64,000 nucleotides of DNA from sequence record NC_041917.1. One strand, given 5' to 3'. A model generated the notes under the pieces. That model saw only the letters and a list, made by a program, of their open reading frames with translations. It was not told the DNA's origin and did no database searches. Shown here one piece after another: positions 1 to 10,708 of this stretch. Numbering within the stretch: position 1 is the stretch's first letter; each line of letters opens with the position of its first letter. The position numbers and the translations under genes are program-made.

Positions 1-609
1 GCACGTAAAGTATACATTAATGAAAAATACCTTAGAGGAAGATTTTTAATTGATGAATTTTATGAGCAAGAGGTAGAATTCACTGAAGGTTTATGGAGAA
101 TATTCTCTATGGAAGTATTCGGTGAACTTCTTCCAGAGTTACCAGTACCTACTACATATAAAGAATTACAACATATATTTGATCATAGTGATATGTATAA
201 AGAATTCAATTTATACACTACGGTCAAAGAAGCAGTTATTCATAATCAAATAGCTGATTCCGATAAATGTGTTAGTATTAGAGATTTCGATTTATTTTGT
301 TCATTACCAGGAATTCCTGGTTGGACTTCAGTACAGCATGGTGCAAGCCTTGTTGACGGTCGCACAGAAGCCCCACAAAGGCTACTACAAGCGTGTATGG
401 GAATGTATAGATATGATTATCTGAAATGCCCTGAACCGTATGAAAACTTCTGGAAAGAACGTGCAGAGGCTGCAATGAAAAAAGCAGTTGCAATTTTGGA
501 AAGAACGTATATAATAAAATTTAGAAATGCAACGATGTACGGCATGACGCCTGTACCGGAAAGATTTGATCCGGTAACCTCGTTTCATTGGAATATCAAA
601 AGGACGTGA
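1..609 (+). CDS. hypothetical protein, 5'-truncated (frame open from base 1)
   Basis: frame 1 has no stop from 1 to TGA at 607-609. Confidence 0.75.
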   Translation, partial: ARKVYINEKYLRGRFLIDEFYEQEVEFTEGLWRIFSMEVFGELLPELPVPTTYKELQHIFDHSDMYKEFNLYTTVKEAVIHNQIADSDKCVSIRDFDLFCSLPGIPGWTSVQHGASLVDGRTEAPQRLLQACMGMYRYDYLKCPEPYENFWKERAEAAMKKAVAILERTYIIKFRNATMYGMTPVPERFDPVTSFHWNIKRT

Positions 610-698
610 ATTTATTTTCGTCCTTTTTTATTTTCTCCCTTGACAGGGGTCACTTTTAAGCGTAGAATGTACCACATGAACACAGCGTAACAAAGTAC

Positions 699-727
699 TT
701 GACAAAACGCTGAGTTCAATATAAAAT
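699..727 (+). promoter_or_regulatory. sigma70-type promoter
   Basis: TTGACA-17-TAAAAT upstream of the 760 ORF. Confidence 0.75.
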
Positions 728-759
728 CTTTCGAGTCAAAACCTAAAAAGGAAAAAGTA

Positions 760-1350
760 ATGAAAACTGTAAATTTCTTGTACACTGAAGGCGTTTCTTA
801 CAAAGCAACCAACGTTGAAAACATCGAGTCCGATGGTTATACTGTTGATTATTCTCGTTCTGTTCAGAACGAATCTGGTACAGTTGTTGGGGTTGACTTC
901 CGTTCTGTCAGTACCGAAGATTTGCTTTTCGCTACTGTAAAAGATCATAGTACTGGTATTGTTACAATCATCCCTGGTATCTACGATCATTTCGATATTG
1001 TGCCTAAAGGTAACGCAGTTACTCGTCAACAAAATATCGAACGCGAAGCGGCTGCCGTTGCAGCAAATCGTGCAGCAAAGGCACCAGAACGTAACGCTAA
1101 AGAACTTGCTAAGTTCGAAGCTCGCCGTGCAGCACGTAAAGCAGCATGGGAAGCTGAAAACGGCGTAACCCCTGTTGCCCCTGCACCAACACCACGAGCC
1201 AAGGCTGTAGCTCCAGAAGCTCCTGTAATGATGATGAAAGCAGAGCCGACTCCTGCACCATCTGCAAATACTGCGATTGAACAGCTACGTAATGCTGGCG
1301 TTTCTGAAAGTGACATTGCAGTACTAAAATCTCTAAACGTGTTGAAATAA
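760..1350 (+). CDS. hypothetical protein, Ala/Pro-rich C-terminal half
   Basis: 196 aa ORF, SD AAGGA. Confidence 0.85.
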   Translation: MKTVNFLYTEGVSYKATNVENIESDGYTVDYSRSVQNESGTVVGVDFRSVSTEDLLFATVKDHSTGIVTIIPGIYDHFDIVPKGNAVTRQQNIEREAAAVAANRAAKAPERNAKELAKFEARRAARKAAWEAENGVTPVAPAPTPRAKAVAPEAPVMMMKAEPTPAPSANTAIEQLRNAGVSESDIAVLKSLNVLK

Positions 1351-1379
1351 TTTGACACTCTGATAAAAAAGGATATATA

Positions 1380-1580
1380 ATGGAAACCGGAAAATACTTA
1401 GTAGTATCGCGTGATAAGACAACCAAGCGTTGTTCTATGTCTGCATCACCAAAAGAGCATAGCACTGAAGCAGTTGCGAAAGCAGAAGCGGCACGTCTAG
1501 CTCAAGAAAACCAAGAAAAAGAATTCACTGTTGTACGTGTAGTCGCTACAGCAACAGTTGCTAAGGTTTCTTGGCGTTAA
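1380..1580 (+). CDS. hypothetical protein
   Basis: ORF with SD AAGGA. Confidence 0.8.
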   Translation: METGKYLVVSRDKTTKRCSMSASPKEHSTEAVAKAEAARLAQENQEKEFTVVRVVATATVAKVSWR

Positions 1581-1586
1581 TTACAA

Positions 1587-1615
1587 CGGGGAGTTCTAGA
1601 ACTCCCCGATCTTTT
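1587..1615 (+). terminator. probable intrinsic terminator
   Basis: CGGGGAG/CTCCCCG hairpin then ATCTTTT. Confidence 0.65.
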
Positions 1616-1639
1616 AAGTAAACAGCGAGATTAAAATCC

Positions 1640-2800
1640 ATGAAAGGCAAATATTTTTTCAAAGATACAAATGGAAATCCTGTCGAAATTCAAGAATTCG
1701 ACTACGAGTATGTTCGTAATTCTTTGCTAAAAGTTTTTGATAAAAATGTCGCAAAGAAATACATCTTTAATGTGGTCGTCCGTCGTGATTATGATTCGAT
1801 GGGATTACCAGTTTTTGATGTTCGTCCATTAAATTTAAATGAAATCTATTATGATAGTACACGTCTTCGTGTACTAGAAATGATGCTTGATGACATTTAC
1901 TTTGGTCGCATCTCTATCAAAGAACTGGCAGTTCCACGGTTGCAGCAAGAATATAACGAATTCTTGGAAGGTCGCACTAAACCCGCACCTGTTCCGGCAA
2001 TTCCTGATGTTCCTGCACCGATAGTTCATACTCGTACTGAAATCAGTGAAAACGATCCACGAATCATGAAAATTGCGACCATTGATTCTAATGTACCAAT
2101 CTTACCAATGAAGGTACTTGATTGGATTGACAACTTCGAAGTTTGTAGTCAAGAAATGACTGTATGTACTCAGAAGTTGTCAGAAGAACAAATTCGTCTA
2201 GTACAAGTATTGAAAACAAATAGTGATTATATTCACAGCGTGTTTTCGAACTTAACTTCTGTACTAGAAACTATGTTCCCATTGAAACCTTCGTTCACAC
2301 AACGTTTGTTTGGAACAAAGAAAGATATTGAAGTTAAACAGGATGAATTGGGTACTATTCTCAGTACTTTGCGAAATGCGGTTTCTGTTGACCCGAACCG
2401 TTTTAGTGGTATTGGTGAAGTGTTTAAAAACATCCAAAATAGTATTCAGGAAATAAAAGATAGTGTAGAACAAGGTGTTGTTGGTTGTAAGTACGTAATT
2501 CAAACAACCGAAGATGCATATGAGTTTGAATTACGCCAAGAGCGTTTGATGAAAATTCGTGCAACTACTGAAATTTCTGAACTGTCTTTGGTAACTATCA
2601 ATAAGAAGTTTCTTTCTGACTTGAATAAGTTAAAAGAAGTACAAGAAGTGGTAGTCCCTCTGTTAATTATTAAATTACAGAATCAGGCTACTAAGAAGGT
2701 TGATGACGAAACGGTCAATATTATCCGCAATCTGGCATATAGCCGTGATGCTGAAAAACCGATTCTACCACCTGAATATAAACCTGAAGATGATTACTAA
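1640..2800 (+). CDS. hypothetical protein with helical, possibly TelA-related C-terminal part
   Basis: 386 aa; coiled-coil character and an RLFG motif resembling the next gene. Confidence 0.7.
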   Translation: MKGKYFFKDTNGNPVEIQEFDYEYVRNSLLKVFDKNVAKKYIFNVVVRRDYDSMGLPVFDVRPLNLNEIYYDSTRLRVLEMMLDDIYFGRISIKELAVPRLQQEYNEFLEGRTKPAPVPAIPDVPAPIVHTRTEISENDPRIMKIATIDSNVPILPMKVLDWIDNFEVCSQEMTVCTQKLSEEQIRLVQVLKTNSDYIHSVFSNLTSVLETMFPLKPSFTQRLFGTKKDIEVKQDELGTILSTLRNAVSVDPNRFSGIGEVFKNIQNSIQEIKDSVEQGVVGCKYVIQTTEDAYEFELRQERLMKIRATTEISELSLVTINKKFLSDLNKLKEVQEVVVPLLIIKLQNQATKKVDDETVNIIRNLAYSRDAEKPILPPEYKPEDDY

Positions 2801-2806
2801 AATCTC

Positions 2807-2835
2807 TTGACATGCCATGAGAGTGCTGATATAAT
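2807..2835 (+). promoter_or_regulatory. sigma70-type promoter
   Basis: TTGACA-17-TATAAT. Confidence 0.85.
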
Positions 2836-2890
2836 CTTTTACATCAAGACGACACACTCTCCCATTAACTTAGAATGAAGGAATTACCCA

Positions 2891-4030
2891 ATGATTGACG
2901 ATCAGATGAACGGTTTTGAAGCGGAACAGCAGCCAGCGAAACGTACTCGTAAGCCACGTGCAAAGGCGACGAAACAAGCTGAACCAGTAACTATCGATCA
3001 AGATGTGTTCGAACAAGAACAAAAAAATCTGCCAGTACTGCGTGATGCTAAAGGCACACAAATGGAACTGACAGTATCGAACATCCATTCGTTGGGTTCA
3101 GATGCTGGTCAGAATATTGGTAAATTGTCAGAAGAAATTCTGTCTAAAGTAAAAGTTGCAAATACTGGTGAACTCGGTGAAGGTATTTCAAACATTCTGA
3201 CTCTGACCCGCAAAGTCGATATTACACGGCTCGGAACTCAGCAAACAGGTCTTCTGTCTCGTGTTTGGAACATCTTTGGTGATACTAAACAAAAAGTACT
3301 CGACCAGTTCGAAACCAGCAAAGACCAGATCGAAAAGATCACTACTACATTAAGTACTGGTATTGATCGTATGCGTGGTGAAGCAGTTTGGCTTGAAAAT
3401 GCATATGACGCTAACATTGAATATCTCCATGAACTAGAAGATATTCTGGATAACGTCGATATGGTTAAAGAGATCGAAGATAAAAAGTTATCAGTACTGA
3501 TGGGTAATCCAGATACTCCAATGAACGTTCTGGATGAACAACGTATCATCACTGATGCATTGGACAAACAAGCTGATAAACTTCGCCGTTTAGTTCAACT
3601 TGCTAAATTGACTGCACCTCAAATTGCATCAATGCGTAAAGTGAACGTTAACACTGTTGAAAAGTTTGAATCTCTAAACACAGTTGTAATTCCAGCATGG
3701 AAAAACAACATGAGCTTGAGTCTCATCAGCTTGCAACAGAAGAAAGATAACGAGTTGTCAAACATGATTGACAATGAAACTAACCGTCTGTTGAAGGATA
3801 ACGCAAAAACCGTGTCTCAGAACATGAAAGACGCAGCAGCAGCGAACCAGCGTGGTGTTATTGACTTGAATACTCTCCAATCTATCCAGAACGATATGTT
3901 GGCTGGTATTAAAGAAACAATCCGCATCGAAGAAACTGGTCGTCAAGAGCGTAAACAAGCTGCAATTCAAATGCAAAAAATGGATAATGATCTGAAAAAT
4001 GCACTACGTGACATTGCTCAGAAAAAATAA
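2891..4030 (+). CDS. telA: toxic anion resistance protein TelA family
   Basis: 379 aa helical protein with TelA-like segments (LTAPQI..M..N, VIPAWKN). Confidence 0.75.
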   Translation: MIDDQMNGFEAEQQPAKRTRKPRAKATKQAEPVTIDQDVFEQEQKNLPVLRDAKGTQMELTVSNIHSLGSDAGQNIGKLSEEILSKVKVANTGELGEGISNILTLTRKVDITRLGTQQTGLLSRVWNIFGDTKQKVLDQFETSKDQIEKITTTLSTGIDRMRGEAVWLENAYDANIEYLHELEDILDNVDMVKEIEDKKLSVLMGNPDTPMNVLDEQRIITDALDKQADKLRRLVQLAKLTAPQIASMRKVNVNTVEKFESLNTVVIPAWKNNMSLSLISLQQKKDNELSNMIDNETNRLLKDNAKTVSQNMKDAAAANQRGVIDLNTLQSIQNDMLAGIKETIRIEETGRQERKQAAIQMQKMDNDLKNALRDIAQKK

Positions 4031-4051
4031 TCTAACAAAGTAGTAATACAT

Positions 4052-4077
4052 AAGGTTCCCAAAAGGGAACCTTTTTT
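4052..4077 (+). terminator. intrinsic terminator
   Basis: AAGGTTCCC-AAAA-GGGAACCTT plus T tract. Confidence 0.85.
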
Positions 4078-4080
4078 CAT

Positions 4081-4422
4081 ATGGAGAAAATAAACATGGA
4101 TTCTATTCATACTAAAGAACTTTTGGATAAATTATCGGAAATTATTACTGAAGGTGATTTTGAAGAAGATGCTAACGGTGAGTACAATGATGAAAAAATC
4201 AAATATGTACAAGTAGAAGAAGGTGATTGGGTTGATGAAGGAAAGTACTCATATCGTGATGATACATTCTTCTTTCCAGATCTAAACGTATATGTAAATG
4301 TAGGCCAATCTCGTTCAGGATCATATTACAGTGATTATTACTATGATGATCCTAGTTTTATGTTCGTAGAACCACAAACAAAAACAGTAGTAACTACTGT
4401 ATATGTAGGAATTAAACTATGA
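4081..4422 (+). CDS. hypothetical acidic phage protein
   Basis: ORF overlapping the next start (ATGA). Confidence 0.8.
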   Translation: MEKINMDSIHTKELLDKLSEIITEGDFEEDANGEYNDEKIKYVQVEEGDWVDEGKYSYRDDTFFFPDLNVYVNVGQSRSGSYYSDYYYDDPSFMFVEPQTKTVVTTVYVGIKL

Positions 4423-5087
4423 GATTTTGTCTAGATATTGAAACTCTTGCAACACCAGAACAATCAGGATATGGTATTGTAATTCCTAATTACGCTATTG
4501 TTAAAATTCCTGAAGTACTAACTTCAGAATTAGAATGGATGTATGTACAACTTCCAATTCAAGAACAACTTGATCTTGGATTAAAAACGGATGCTCCTAC
4601 TATGAATTTCTGGTTTAATATATGTGCACAGGAATTCCCATTAGCATTGTGCGAAATGCAAAAATCCTTCACTTTGAAAAATTCAAAAGTTATTATCAAT
4701 GGTGAAGATGTTGATTCACACAATATCCCATTAATGCTAAGAAATTTCTTACATGGTTCTGATAAAATTGATAATAAAGTTAAAGTATTTGGTAATGGTT
4801 GCCACTTTGACTGTTCAATTTTACAAGAAAATCATCGTGTTCTTTTTGGTGAGGGTAATCTATGGCATTATAGTGCACCTAATAATATCCGCACCTTACG
4901 CTTACTACTAAGTGAGCAGGAAGAACAAGATATGAAAGAAGCAGTAGAGCCAGTACTAGAGCAATTTTGTCAGGCAATGGATGAACAGGGTTATACTTAT
5001 GATCTATGTTTACATAATCCAATCTTTGACGCTGCAAAAGAAGCATTATTCGCTACCTATATTCTAAATCTTAAAAAATCCACTTGA
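4419..5087 (+). CDS. DEDD-family 3'-5' exonuclease (RNase H-like fold)
   Basis: LDIET, GNGCHFD and HNPIFDA motifs. Confidence 0.8.
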   Translation: MRFCLDIETLATPEQSGYGIVIPNYAIVKIPEVLTSELEWMYVQLPIQEQLDLGLKTDAPTMNFWFNICAQEFPLALCEMQKSFTLKNSKVIINGEDVDSHNIPLMLRNFLHGSDKIDNKVKVFGNGCHFDCSILQENHRVLFGEGNLWHYSAPNNIRTLRLLLSEQEEQDMKEAVEPVLEQFCQAMDEQGYTYDLCLHNPIFDAAKEALFATYILNLKKST

Positions 5088-5112
5088 CATGAGATGGACA
5101 GTACTATATAAT
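5084..5112 (+). promoter_or_regulatory. sigma70-type promoter
   Basis: TTGACA-17-TATAAT. Confidence 0.85.
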
Positions 5113-5143
5113 AACCATGTTATCAACTAACTAGGCGAAAATC

Positions 5144-6238
5144 ATGGATTTTGTAATAATTGCATTACCTGCATTATTAACCTGTATAATCATGAAGTTC
5201 ATTTTTAAGCATGACATTACAGTAAAAGAATTTTTCATTCATTGTGGAGCAGCAATCGCCGCTATTGCTTTGATGATGGCAATCACGTATGCAAGTATGT
5301 ATGCATCGATGGCGGATCGGGAAATTCTTAATGGTAAAGTACTGTCCAAAACAAGGGAAGTAGAAACTTGTACTCAATACAGTTCATGTAAACATTATCA
5401 TTGGAAAGAAAAATGCCACTATTATACTGATAGTAAAGGTAAACGACAAAAATCATGCGAATCATATAAAGTTTTTGACTACCGTTATGAAGTAGATTGG
5501 TATGTAAAAACATCAGTTGATCGTCATGAAATTGAACGTGTAAACCGACAAGGTACTTCTATACCTCCAAGGTGGGAAATGGTTAAGATTGGCGATCCTG
5601 CCAGTACTACCCATATGTACATTAACTATCTGTTAGGAAACGAAGATTCATTATTCTATCAGGAACAGTACAAGAAAGATTTTACTGAAGAATATAAAAA
5701 GACTTTACCTGAATATCCACAAATTTATGATTATTATCGAATTAATCATGTAATAAATTTGACAAAGCTACCAGATTCAGGGTATAATGATTACATAAAC
5801 AACGTTCTGCGTGATATGGGTGAAAGCCAGCAAGTAAATCTTGTTTTGATAATGTATCCGTATGAAAATAAATCATTTGTACAAGGCGTTACTGCTAAAT
5901 GGCGTGGTGGTAAGAAGAACGATGTGATTATGTTCTTTGGATTAGATAGTGAAGGGCGTGTTCAGAACTTTAGTAGTACTTCATTCGGTAAAGGTATGAA
6001 GAACGAGTTTCTACACAGTCAATTACGTATGACTGCATTAACTGAACAAATGTCACTTGACTTAGTGCAGAAAACAGTGCAAGATGTACAAAAGAATTTC
6101 AAACGGCTTCCAAATGCGGAATTCGAATATTTGAAATATAAACTTGAACCAAGTCGTTGGGTTGTGATATTATGTTCACTCTTAGCGTTAGGTATCTCAA
6201 TCGGTGTTGGAATGTACATGAGGAAAGTAGATTTATGA
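5144..6238 (+). CDS. membrane protein with large soluble domain
   Basis: two N-terminal and one C-terminal hydrophobic segments. Confidence 0.85.
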   Translation: MDFVIIALPALLTCIIMKFIFKHDITVKEFFIHCGAAIAAIALMMAITYASMYASMADREILNGKVLSKTREVETCTQYSSCKHYHWKEKCHYYTDSKGKRQKSCESYKVFDYRYEVDWYVKTSVDRHEIERVNRQGTSIPPRWEMVKIGDPASTTHMYINYLLGNEDSLFYQEQYKKDFTEEYKKTLPEYPQIYDYYRINHVINLTKLPDSGYNDYINNVLRDMGESQQVNLVLIMYPYENKSFVQGVTAKWRGGKKNDVIMFFGLDSEGRVQNFSSTSFGKGMKNEFLHSQLRMTALTEQMSLDLVQKTVQDVQKNFKRLPNAEFEYLKYKLEPSRWVVILCSLLALGISIGVGMYMRKVDL

Positions 6239-6792
6239 AGAACGGTATTATTGCAGTACTAATCGCATTTTTTGTTGTAATCGTTGTTGGTGGCATCGGT
6301 CTGTTTTCAGCTTATACTGGAACATACGATACAGCGAACAAGTTCGAACACAACATTGAACGTCTTAACAAAGCAAGTGAATCAGAGTTAAGTACCTTTA
6401 CACTTAAAGTACAGGAACAAGCTCAAATTCCAGCAATGTATAAAGATGATTTAAAAGACGTACTGAAAACTTACTTCGAAGGTCGTGGTAAGCAAGATGA
6501 TACATACGTGCGTTCATTCGTTAAACAAGCACTACCAGAGTTCAGTACAAAAATGTACGAAAACTTGATGGTTACTATTGATGCTGGTCGTGATGCATTC
6601 AATAATATCCAGAAACAAAAAATTGATGCTTGTTCCGATTATGGCGAATACCGTGGAAAGTTCTGGAATAAGAAAATTCTTTCCGGTGAGTACCCGTCAA
6701 AGAACATCGAAGATATGTGTAAAGTAATCAGTGATGCTCGTACCAAAACAGCATTTGCAACTGGTGAACAAGAAGTAATTAAACTACGTTAA
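6235..6792 (+). CDS. membrane-anchored coiled-coil protein (LemA-like architecture)
   Basis: ATGA overlap with the previous gene; N-terminal TM helix. Confidence 0.75.
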   Translation: MKNGIIAVLIAFFVVIVVGGIGLFSAYTGTYDTANKFEHNIERLNKASESELSTFTLKVQEQAQIPAMYKDDLKDVLKTYFEGRGKQDDTYVRSFVKQALPEFSTKMYENLMVTIDAGRDAFNNIQKQKIDACSDYGEYRGKFWNKKILSGEYPSKNIEDMCKVISDARTKTAFATGEQEVIKLR

Positions 6793-6797
6793 CTATT

Positions 6798-6823
6798 AAA
6801 GCTACCTTCGGGTAGCTTTTTTT
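6798..6823 (+). terminator. intrinsic terminator
   Basis: GCTACC-TTCG-GGTAGC plus T tract. Confidence 0.9.
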
Positions 6824-6835
6824 GTATGGATTTTT

Positions 6836-7348
6836 ATGGAAAAATTAATACCCTTTAATATATGGTACAATGATTTAGAAGAACTACTTTCTATTGTAAA
6901 CAAATCAAATCTTGAAGTACTGAAATATGCTAACTCTTATGTATTTGGGAATTTTAAATTTACTACACCAATGGAGAATTTATACAAATTCACAATTAGT
7001 AGAAATGCATCACAATTTAATCCCCCTCCACCACCTCCACCATCTTTAAGTTCTAATGTTGGTTTAGCGTCATTTGGATCAACATTTAAACAAGACCTAA
7101 TTAGTTATTCAGTATCATTAACTTTTACCAAAGATTTTATGGTTAAACTCGAAGTTACTGAAAACTGGCGTGGTACTTTTGAACATGACAAAAACATTCA
7201 TAGTATTATTTTTGATAAAGATAATATTTTGGTTAATGGAAATTGGTATAAGGTTGATTCACCAGAACCGTTTATGAATGATATATCTGAAGATGATATT
7301 AGTATTTTAGCAGTACTTGATGTTATGAGTAGGTTTAATCCACAATGA
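6836..7348 (+). CDS. hypothetical protein with poly-Pro tract
   Basis: ORF track. Confidence 0.75.
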   Translation: MEKLIPFNIWYNDLEELLSIVNKSNLEVLKYANSYVFGNFKFTTPMENLYKFTISRNASQFNPPPPPPPSLSSNVGLASFGSTFKQDLISYSVSLTFTKDFMVKLEVTENWRGTFEHDKNIHSIIFDKDNILVNGNWYKVDSPEPFMNDISEDDISILAVLDVMSRFNPQ

Positions 7349-7821
7349 TACATGAAATGAAATGTAATAAGGATCTTCCTTATAATGACATTATAAAAAT
7401 TATTACAAATGTACTAGAATCTATGACTGATATTGATTTTAGCATTTTTGATCATATGACTGATTCAGAAGATTATGTTGAAGTTAATGTTGGAATGAAA
7501 GCCAGTAAAGATAAAGATAACATAATATTCTATGGAAAAATGGGTGAAGATTTTTTTATTAGAATTTGCTTTAGAGATTCGAAATTACATTTTGTAAAAG
7601 TGATACATACCAAAAGTTCACATTTAATTTTACAATTTTATGTTGGAGAAAAAAAGTACTTGATTAATGAGATGTGGTTTGATAGAATGGAGTTCGAGTC
7701 AAAGGCATTCCAAATGGATACCACAAATGAATTACCATTTAGCCTTCTTGACATAAATGAAATTTTTAAAATTATGGGAGTTGCATATGTTCACGATAAT
7801 TCTGACTCTGGTACTGACTAA
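7345..7821 (+). CDS. hypothetical protein (EExxFQ-like paralog family, weak)
   Basis: ESKAFQ segment near the C-terminus. Confidence 0.7.
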   Translation: MIHEMKCNKDLPYNDIIKIITNVLESMTDIDFSIFDHMTDSEDYVEVNVGMKASKDKDNIIFYGKMGEDFFIRICFRDSKLHFVKVIHTKSSHLILQFYVGEKKYLINEMWFDRMEFESKAFQMDTTNELPFSLLDINEIFKIMGVAYVHDNSDSGTD

Positions 7822-7957
7822 TCAATCATCAAGCTCAGTAACTTACGGGTCATTCGATGATATTGATAAATGTAAAACTGCCATTTCTGAAGTGAAAAAA
7901 GAATATATTGGAAGTTCAGTCCGTGAAGTTATTGGGCGTTGTGCTCGTGCTAAGTAA
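7787..7957 (+). CDS. small secreted/membrane protein
   Basis: ATG at 7787 after GGAG; hydrophobic N-terminus. Confidence 0.65.
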   Translation: MFTIILTLVLTNQSSSSVTYGSFDDIDKCKTAISEVKKEYIGSSVREVIGRCARAK

Positions 7958-7969
7958 GAGGAATAAATT

Positions 7970-8326
7970 ATGTCATGGTATTTTCTGGTAATTGTAATTT
8001 GTCTAGTACTGAATTTTGTAATTTGGTACGCATTCAGTCGCTGGTATCTTAAAGATGATTTTGTCATCATTATTGGCGACAATATGAAACGTTTTATGAA
8101 AACAATGTTACTAGCGGTTGTTATTGCTACATTACTATGTTCAGTAAAACTATTCAAAATGAGTTCTTGTGCTACTAAAGGTTTCATTACTAATGCAAGT
8201 ACTCAATATTCATGGGTAATGGATCAATGTCAAGCTAAAAACGCCACTGGTGTTTATGTTGATATTGAACGTACACGCGGAACTCCTGGTGAAGACCACG
8301 GAATTGTAGACGATACAGCGAACTAA
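7970..8326 (+). CDS. membrane protein
   Basis: two TM segments; SD GAGG. Confidence 0.75.
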   Translation: MSWYFLVIVICLVLNFVIWYAFSRWYLKDDFVIIIGDNMKRFMKTMLLAVVIATLLCSVKLFKMSSCATKGFITNASTQYSWVMDQCQAKNATGVYVDIERTRGTPGEDHGIVDDTAN

Positions 8327-8330
8327 ATAC

Positions 8331-8353
8331 AATCCCCCAAATGGGGGATTTTT
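8331..8353 (+). terminator. intrinsic terminator
   Basis: AATCCCCC/GGGGGATT plus T tract. Confidence 0.8.
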
Positions 8354-8366
8354 GCTATGGAAAATT

Positions 8367-8852
8367 ATGTTTGAATTTGAACAAGAACCTATCTATAATC
8401 CTGATGAAGATGGAATTACTCATATAAACATCTATAGTCAGGCCAAGACTGAACTTGGAAGACTTTTATCTAACTTTGCACATTCACCATTTGTATATGA
8501 ACCTTATGGAAAATTTGAAAGTGGTGAGGGTTTTTGGTACTGGTATCTTACTGGACAACAACATGATTCATTAAGATACTTATCAGGATTTGAAGCAAAG
8601 AAAGAAGGAAAAAAATATAGAAATGATCGGTTAGACGTGTTAGGATTAACCGATGAAGATTTAGAAGTAATGATGCAAATGTTAGTACTTAAAGTGGCTT
8701 ATAATCCACACATTGCAGCATTATTAAAAGAAAGTACACTACCATTTTGCCACTATTATAACTATAGTGGAAGGGTAATAATGTGTACTGAATTCGATTG
8801 GTTATCTTCTGCCTATGCAGATATTAGAACAGTACTTAATGAATCGAACTGA
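8367..8852 (+). CDS. NADAR-like phage protein
   Basis: LSNFAHSPF, F.SGEGFWY and K...NP.I...L..S motifs. Confidence 0.55.
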   Translation: MFEFEQEPIYNPDEDGITHINIYSQAKTELGRLLSNFAHSPFVYEPYGKFESGEGFWYWYLTGQQHDSLRYLSGFEAKKEGKKYRNDRLDVLGLTDEDLEVMMQMLVLKVAYNPHIAALLKESTLPFCHYYNYSGRVIMCTEFDWLSSAYADIRTVLNESN

Positions 8853-8915
8853 TTAATTATTGATCAGAAATATAAATAGTTTTACCTTATTTTATACAAC
8901 ATGGAGTGTTATATA

Positions 8916-10700
8916 ATGATTATTAAAGTTACCCAAAAAGTCGTGTCTCTTGAAGATTGTGTTTACGACATTGATGTACTAAACAAAATTCAAAAAGAAA
9001 TTGGTTCTGCGTATGTAATTAAGTATTCAGTATCACCAAAGAATATTGTTTTTTATGTTGAAGAACATGGTAATCAATTTACAATTGATATGGAAGTTGA
9101 AACACAGACATATGTATTGCCAGTAATTGCAGGATACGAATTACTTGAAAAATTCCCAAATGCATTCAAAAAGACTCGTAGAATTGGTGATAGTTCCGTA
9201 GCCGATATTGACAATCCAGTTGTAGCTGAACTACATAAAGATGAAAATGCCGAAATTAATGAATATATAAGAAAAATGCGTAATTTGGTAAATTCTTACA
9301 TTGGTAAGCGTATTCCAAATAAGCAAATTGAATTTGTTAACGGTGGTGCACAAATCTTTGAACCAAACGGTGACATTGTACTATTACTTGACAAGTACGT
9401 TCTAGAGTTTGATCCTGCATCATTTGATATTCAGGATGAATCTGAAATAAACACAACTCTTATTCGTCGTTCAGAAACAATTAGGGATGAATATTTCTTT
9501 ACTTCAGATGAAGAAATTACTCCTGAAGAAATAAACAAAATTCTCAATGAGACAAAAGAATTTCTTGATGAATTAACGTATAAAGAACAACCAGAAGTGA
9601 GTAAAATCTCTGGAACTGATGAAATTCAAGATTTACTAAATGTGTTTGAAGCAATTGAAAAAGATTTGCCTTATGCAGCCGCAGTTCCATCTTATAATGA
9701 ATATGAGAAAAATGTTCAAGCAATGAAAGAACTTCTAATAAATGTACGCAGTGCAGATGAGGATACAACTACGATGGCACAATCCGTTAATAACTATACT
9801 TCTATGGATGCTACTGGTGGACTTCATGCTGCACCTTCTAAAGAAGTTGTTGCATTACGATGGAGTAAGATTCCAGAAGGTGCGACTGCTGCTGAGGAAT
9901 ATATTCTTAATGCACCAGCTACAGAAGCAGAGATTGAAGAATTAACTCAAGAAGAAGTTCGAGAACTAACTAAAGTACAACGTACTAATGAAGTTATTGA
10001 AGTTGAAAATGCAGTAATTAGTTTTGATGCATTTGATAGCTATGCTTCTAAACATCATGTAATTGGTTGGGATTTGGCAACACCAAGTACTCTATCAATT
10101 AAGTTTATTGAGGGTACTACACCAGAAAGTACTATTAAAAAATTTCATGATATGATGGATAGTCTTGATACTGGATGGATTAATAAAGAATATATGAAAC
10201 GTCTTCAAGATGCTGAAGTAAGTACTAAATTCTTAGCTGATCTCCGAAATATGATTATAGATGATAAAGATATTGCAGATGAGTTTATTACTCGCGTCAA
10301 AAAACATAATGTATTTGTACGTGACAGTATGGCTAAAATCCGTGCAGCACTACTTGATATGGAAAGTGATTTTGAACGCTCACTAAAAAGTGAAGTTAAT
10401 CTATCTATTGATTGGGATAAACTAACTGCTTATGCCGCTAAGAAGGAACGTACAGAGCACCGTGTTAATGGTGTGCGTATTATTTCAGGCAATGATGGAG
10501 TAGATTCAAACGTAGTTCGTGTTAATTCTGAATATAACAATGGAGATTTCTTCATTCCTATACATTTACTAACTGATGAACTTCGTTCTAAATATGTCCT
10601 AGAAGATTATCCACATTACATTGAAGATGTTCCAGATTATGCATTCTATGAAGTGCATTTAAATGGTCACTACATTCTTATTGAGAATACAGAACTTTAA
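8916..10700 (+). CDS. large acidic hypothetical protein
   Basis: about 594 aa ORF. Confidence 0.85.
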   Translation: MIIKVTQKVVSLEDCVYDIDVLNKIQKEIGSAYVIKYSVSPKNIVFYVEEHGNQFTIDMEVETQTYVLPVIAGYELLEKFPNAFKKTRRIGDSSVADIDNPVVAELHKDENAEINEYIRKMRNLVNSYIGKRIPNKQIEFVNGGAQIFEPNGDIVLLLDKYVLEFDPASFDIQDESEINTTLIRRSETIRDEYFFTSDEEITPEEINKILNETKEFLDELTYKEQPEVSKISGTDEIQDLLNVFEAIEKDLPYAAAVPSYNEYEKNVQAMKELLINVRSADEDTTTMAQSVNNYTSMDATGGLHAAPSKEVVALRWSKIPEGATAAEEYILNAPATEAEIEELTQEEVRELTKVQRTNEVIEVENAVISFDAFDSYASKHHVIGWDLATPSTLSIKFIEGTTPESTIKKFHDMMDSLDTGWINKEYMKRLQDAEVSTKFLADLRNMIIDDKDIADEFITRVKKHNVFVRDSMAKIRAALLDMESDFERSLKSEVNLSIDWDKLTAYAAKKERTEHRVNGVRIISGNDGVDSNVVRVNSEYNNGDFFIPIHLLTDELRSKYVLEDYPHYIEDVPDYAFYEVHLNGHYILIENTEL

Positions 10701-10708
10701 TACCCAAG

